DNA of 64,000 nt from Leptospira sp. (GTDB taxonomy: Bacteria > Spirochaetota > Leptospiria > Leptospirales > Leptospiraceae), in NCBI GenBank assembly GCA_034439575.1, contig JAWXAQ010000005.1:64001-128000 (forward strand), given 5' to 3'. Positions 58,999-64,000 of this stretch are shown here, in pieces. Under the pieces are notes generated by a model that saw only the letters and a program-made list of their open reading frames with translations, was not told where the DNA came from and did no database searches. Made by a program: the position numbers and the translations under genes. Every line of letters begins with the position of its first letter. Position 1 is the stretch's first letter.

Positions 58999-60750
58999 GT
59001 GGTCGAAAATAGGCGATTGAATAGTATGCCTCCAACTACAGATACTCAGATCGCTGAAATCACACCCCAAAAGTATACTGTTGTCAATGCGGCACGTTTG
59101 CTTATCATCGTACTTGCGTCACTCGTATCTTTTCAATATGATTTTCTTTTTTTCCAAAATGCCTGCCTCGCCTTTGTAGTATTTTCCATGTTATGGTTTC
59201 TTGCCGATGAAAAGGGATGGGTATCGCAGAATAAATATCCAATGATTGTCTTTATCCCAACTTTTTTAGATTTGATCATCATTTCTATTTTTTTGTATTT
59301 TACAGGTACTTATTATTCCTTGGGTATTGCGGGATATATATACGCAACCGTTGTTTGTTCTTTGAATTTGAAAGTGCAACAAGGACTATTTTCTGTCATC
59401 CTATCGATCTCATTCTATAGTGGATTATCTCTATTAGTATATTCGAATATTTTACCACATATCAATATTTTTGGTGAAGAATTTTATCTTAAGCCTGCTG
59501 GCCTACTCACCAATATTTTAATTTTTGCGATCATCACTATTGCACTTCATCTAATTGTCAAAAATCTTTCTTTAGAAAATCAAAGGCTACTACTACAAAA
59601 AGATGAAGAGAAAGCAAAAGCAGAGATAGCGAATCAAGTGAAGTCCCTGTTTCTTGCGAATATGAGTCATGAAATTCGCACACCAATGAATGGTATATTA
59701 GGAATGGCTGGACTTCTAAAGGATTCAACAATGAATTCTGAACAAAATGAATACTTGGATTCGATTTTAACTAGTGGTAATGCATTATTAGAGATCATCA
59801 ATGATATATTAGATTTTTCTAAAATAGAATCTGGTAAAATGGAACTCGAATATCTCTCATTTCCAATACGCAACTTTCAACGTGAACTAACAAGTCTGTT
59901 CTTGCATAAAATTCAAGAAAAGAATATCTCCCTCACTTTCCATTTCGACGAAGCAATTCCAGATAGAGTAATCATTGATCCAACTCGTTTGCGTCAGGTG
60001 CTAATTAATCTCATTGGAAATTCGATTAAGTTTACTAAAATAGAAGGGAAAGTTGTGGTTTATGTTTCATTGATTCAGGAAAATCCGATCAAGATATTGT
60101 TCCGAATTTGGGACAATGGCATAGGAATTCCTAGGGACATGATCTCCAAATTGTTCTCGCCTTTTGAGCAATTAGATCTATCCAAAACTCGTAACTTTGG
60201 TGGGACAGGTCTTGGCCTTGCGATTTCGAAACGACTTATTGAACTTATGAACGGTGAAATTAAAGTCTATAGTATTGAAGGTCAGGAAACTGAATTTTCC
60301 TTTTTCATTTTTACTGATACTGCCGATGATGATCAGATTCAACATTACAAATTAGATCAACCCGTTAATATAGAATATAAAATTAATCCTGCATTGAGAA
60401 TACTTGTTGTGGATGATAATCTCATCAACCAAAAGCTGGCAGTTAAACTAATTTCAAGAATGGGGATTAAGGTAGACCAAGCTTTCCAAGGCCAAGAAGC
60501 TATCGATAAAGTAAAAACATCAACTTATGACATTATCTTTATGGACATGCAAATGCCCTTAGTAGATGGAATTACTGCCACAAAAGAAATTTTCAAACTA
60601 AATTTAATTAGACCACCTAAGATTGTTGCTATGACTGCCAATGCATTCCCAGAAGACATTGAATTGTGTCTACGGGCCGGCATGTCTGATTTTCTCTCAA
60701 AACCTCTTGATCGAGATAAACTATATGCAATTATGGAAAGCGTATCCTAA
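58999..60750 (+). CDS. Hybrid membrane sensor histidine kinase (TM-HisKA-HATPase-REC); start may be ATG 59026
   Basis: [56 protein letters not shown]. Confidence 0.93.
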   Translation: MVENRRLNSMPPTTDTQIAEITPQKYTVVNAARLLIIVLASLVSFQYDFLFFQNACLAFVVFSMLWFLADEKGWVSQNKYPMIVFIPTFLDLIIISIFLYFTGTYYSLGIAGYIYATVVCSLNLKVQQGLFSVILSISFYSGLSLLVYSNILPHINIFGEEFYLKPAGLLTNILIFAIITIALHLIVKNLSLENQRLLLQKDEEKAKAEIANQVKSLFLANMSHEIRTPMNGILGMAGLLKDSTMNSEQNEYLDSILTSGNALLEIINDILDFSKIESGKMELEYLSFPIRNFQRELTSLFLHKIQEKNISLTFHFDEAIPDRVIIDPTRLRQVLINLIGNSIKFTKIEGKVVVYVSLIQENPIKILFRIWDNGIGIPRDMISKLFSPFEQLDLSKTRNFGGTGLGLAISKRLIELMNGEIKVYSIEGQETEFSFFIFTDTADDDQIQHYKLDQPVNIEYKINPALRILVVDDNLINQKLAVKLISRMGIKVDQAFQGQEAIDKVKTSTYDIIFMDMQMPLVDGITATKEIFKLNLIRPPKIVAMTANAFPEDIELCLRAGMSDFLSKPLDRDKLYAIMESVS

Positions 60751-61391
60751 ACGTTAGAAATAATAACATTATATTACCCCCACCTCGTATTCTATCAAAT
60801 AAAAAGCAAAATGATTATTTAACTAACTCCATTGCAAATCTTTTTCCATGATTTCAAAGAATAAAACTCAATTCTTTGGAAATACTCAAAATAGAATTAC
60901 AAAAAGTCCGAAATATAAACTTATTTAGATTCATAGTTTATATGGAATTTTTAATGATCAATACCATGCCACCGAAATTTTTCGGTATACTGTTTCTAGA
61001 AGCCTTATATAGAAAACTTTTTCTAGAGAAAAGCGCTTCCATTTTTCACATAACATACTTCATAACCAAAGAGAAAATATAACAAAGACAAACGACACCC
61101 ATTAATGAATATCCGTTCCCTAAGATATACTTTCTACCCTACAAAAAAAAGAAAAGAAAATTCGATTTGATAGATATAAATTGCTAATAAATCTTCATTA
61201 GATGATATTGATAATTTATCAAACGTTTGAGGGCACCCTTTTTTAAAGTTAAAACATAATCTTGGAAAAACTAGAATATTTCACTTAATTTTTAAAAATA
61301 ATAAATTTGTTGTCAGAATTATTTTCAAAGATTATATTATGATAGATTTATATTAAATTATTTTAAAACTAAAACTTTGGTTATCTAGCAT

Positions 61392-62930
61392 ATGACGACA
61401 ACAACGAAAAACAGAAAAATTTTATTAGTCGAAGACGAAGCAATTATTGCTCTAGCTACTAAAAAAGCACTAGAGCAATTTTATTATGATGTTATAACCG
61501 CATCATCACCTGAATCAGCTATCAAATTTATTAAAGAAGAACTTTTTTTTGACTTAGTGTTAATGGATTTAGACTTAAATCATGAAATCGACGGAATTCA
61601 ACTTGCTCAAAACATATTAAGCATTTTTGAAATTCCAATCGTATTCTTATCAAGCCATAACTCTCAAAAATTCATTGAAAAAACGGAACGAGTGACATCT
61701 TACGGTTTTATTGTTAAAACATCCAGTATAACAGTCGTCGACACCTCAATCAAAATGGCACTCAGACTATTTGAAGCAAAAAAATTCTTAGCGAGTGAAT
61801 TAGAAAGTCATAAACTCACCACCAAGGCTTTGATAGAAAAGGAAGATAACTTAGCTACAACTCTCAATTCAATCGGCGATGCGGTTATTGTAACAGATAT
61901 TAGAGGAAATATCACCAGGCTGAATCCTGCCGCAACACGGCTAACCGGATGGAATGTATCCGAGGCAGTCGGAAAACATATTGATGAAGTGTTTGTCATC
62001 TTTAATGTTTATTCGAAACAGGTGGTGACCAATCCAGTTAATATGGTTTTAGAGAGGGGGGAAATTGTTGGTTTGGCAAATCATACAACACTTCGTTCCA
62101 AAGATGGAATTGAATACCAAATCTCTGACATTGCCTCACCGATACGAGAATCAAATGGAAATTTGCGCGGAGCTGTGTTGGTCTTTAGTGATATTACAGA
62201 AAAATACCGACAAGAGGAAGCAATTAGATTTAATGAAAACTTACTTTCTGAATCTCAGAGAATTGCTAAAATTGGAAGTTGGTCTTATAATGCATACTCG
62301 AACGAACTAAAATGGTCCCAGGAAACATATAATATCTATGGGGTTAAAGATACTGATTTTCAAGTTACAATCGAAAATTTTCTCGCATTTGTTCATCCTG
62401 AAGATCTCACACGTGTTATTGAAAGTGGAAAACGAATTGAAGAAGGATACATGGACGGAGGTTATACCGACTTCCGTATTAAATTAAAATCTGGAGAAAC
62501 TCGTTATCTTCGTGGACATTCAGAAAAACTTCCTGCAACAGCTTATAGTCAAGAGCAGATGATTGGTACTGTACAAGATATAACGGACCAAACATTGGAA
62601 ACTGAAAGATATAAATTTCTCTTTGGAATCACCTCCGATGCTGTTTTTGTCTCAGATTCAAATTTCATTGTTATTGATGTGAATCCCAGCTTTAATAAAC
62701 TTATGGGATACACAAAAGATGAGATTATAGGCAAGTCCTTATTGATCTTTATTTTTGATAGCGATGCCCACAAGGTAAACCAAAGGAGATTCCAAGAAGC
62801 ACAAGAACTGGGTAAAGTGGAATCGCAATGGAATTTTAAGACAAAAAATGGAGATGCTATTCAAGTGGATGTCATTTCGTATGCCATTTCAAAAAATAGC
62901 AGACTGGCAATCTTCAAAAAAGTAATTTAA
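61392..62930 (+). CDS. REC + multi-PAS signalling protein without an output domain (possibly truncated)
   Basis: LLVEDE, LMDLDL receiver followed by three PAS/PAC domains; ends at SRLAIFKKVI. Confidence 0.8.
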   Translation: MTTTTKNRKILLVEDEAIIALATKKALEQFYYDVITASSPESAIKFIKEELFFDLVLMDLDLNHEIDGIQLAQNILSIFEIPIVFLSSHNSQKFIEKTERVTSYGFIVKTSSITVVDTSIKMALRLFEAKKFLASELESHKLTTKALIEKEDNLATTLNSIGDAVIVTDIRGNITRLNPAATRLTGWNVSEAVGKHIDEVFVIFNVYSKQVVTNPVNMVLERGEIVGLANHTTLRSKDGIEYQISDIASPIRESNGNLRGAVLVFSDITEKYRQEEAIRFNENLLSESQRIAKIGSWSYNAYSNELKWSQETYNIYGVKDTDFQVTIENFLAFVHPEDLTRVIESGKRIEEGYMDGGYTDFRIKLKSGETRYLRGHSEKLPATAYSQEQMIGTVQDITDQTLETERYKFLFGITSDAVFVSDSNFIVIDVNPSFNKLMGYTKDEIIGKSLLIFIFDSDAHKVNQRRFQEAQELGKVESQWNFKTKNGDAIQVDVISYAISKNSRLAIFKKVI

Positions 62931-63338
62931 TTCAAGCAAACCATGAGCAATTTTTTCACTTACAACTAAAGGAAATATCCAAACCTATTCTTTGATACTC
63001 ATCCATTGCAAGTATTTTGATTTTAACATTTGGATTCATTATTTTGGCTACTTTTCATCGTTCCTTTTCTTATGAGAATGCAGATAAAAGCATACAAATC
63101 GGAGCTCGTGTAACCTATGCAATATCTTATCTAAAGGAAAAATATACGGACAATAGAAAAGCATAATTGGCAGAATCATCATAACATAACATCGTTAAGC
63201 TATAATATAGGTAAATATGAGAATCGATTCGATCGAGATTTAAATTATTTATTATCCCCCAATCCATTCAATGGCAAAAGAAGATGCCGAGGCGATTCAG
63301 ACAAAATACACTCTATCAATTTTCAGATTCCACAACCA

Positions 63339-63854
63339 TTGATACCGTATAACATATATTTGGCTGGCATATCGGTTTGTTCCAATCTAACTGTTGACGA
63401 TATCATGAAATTTAGCAAAAAGAAAAACTCTCCAATTTATACTCCAAATACAGATTCCGATCCAATGGATAGATTCAGTGCTATCCAAGATATTGAAAAT
63501 CAATATATAAAATTTTATTATTCAGAAAAAAAATTGAAATATATAATTTTGTATAATGATCCGTTCCATTCATTTAAATCTGATTATGCGATAAATGCGA
63601 TTTTAATTCCAGAAACATACAATAGAGCAGAAAAAATAAAGAATTCTGAGTTTATTATAAAGAAAAATACAAAAAGTTATTTAGATTTGAAAGAAGCAAG
63701 AGTAAAAGAACAATTTCTTGGTGGAGAAGTCATCGAATCCAATTTCAAAATCACAGAAGGAACTAAAGAATATCATTTTTTTCGAGGATGGATTTCTAAG
63801 GACAACTTAATTCCGTTAAATGAATTGGAAAACCAGATTAGTAATATGAGTTAA
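63339..63854 (+). CDS. Hypothetical protein, probably the 3' part of a frameshifted gene
   Basis: TTG start; the frame is open upstream to 63135 and a TM-bearing ORF in another frame precedes it. Confidence 0.45.
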   Translation: MIPYNIYLAGISVCSNLTVDDIMKFSKKKNSPIYTPNTDSDPMDRFSAIQDIENQYIKFYYSEKKLKYIILYNDPFHSFKSDYAINAILIPETYNRAEKIKNSEFIIKKNTKSYLDLKEARVKEQFLGGEVIESNFKITEGTKEYHFFRGWISKDNLIPLNELENQISNMS

Positions 63855-64000
63855 AAAATTAATCCATCAGATTATAATGCTAACAATCCAATGGATTTTA
63901 TTATGCCAGCAAGTGTTAATTTTAATGAAAATAATTTTCCTTATTTCAATAAAATTCTGAAGCAATCGGAACATTCTGAAGCATTGTGTAAAGATGGTAA

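Noticed and set aside
60876-61082. 68-aa ORF between the kinase and the REC-PAS gene
   Set aside because: TTG start, no RBS, AT-rich; likely spurious.
1-64000. CRISPR arrays, tRNA/rRNA, IS elements, prophage or recognised defence systems
   Set aside because: No regularly spaced repeats, structural RNA signatures, or transposase, integrase, phage or cas motifs seen by eye; short antisense ORFs in the track were treated as shadows.

Overview
AT-rich, gene-dense bacterial chromosomal segment. Gene content (7TM-DISM sensors, short-form LeuA, etfBA-lolA-trpS cluster, fatty-acid catabolism genes) points to a Leptospira, probably a saprophytic or environmental lineage; this is inferred, not database-verified. 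About 1-47 kb is mostly housekeeping and signalling: DsbA-like, thrB, ivd, etfBA, lolA, trpS, a frameshifted comEC, rsmA, rsmI-like, prmA, a fadD/ACAD/kinase/MaoC operon, a STAS/RsbW/SpoIIE module, rhlE and leuA. About 47-64 kb looks more accessory: opgG-orf-opgH, a carbonic anhydrase-sbtA-sbtB-fabI operon with a divergent 7TM-AraC regulator, a GNAT/acyl-synthase-like gene paired with tetR under a palindromic operator, then a zone of gene remnants. The strongest signals beyond the ORF track are a Leu-rich leader peptide with attenuator hairpins upstream of a leuA lacking its regulatory domain, the acyl-synthase-like/TetR pair (candidate small-molecule signalling system), the bicarbonate-uptake operon, and a -1 frameshift in comEC at a T4A7 run. 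No rRNA, tRNA, CRISPR array or intact transposase/integrase was recognised.
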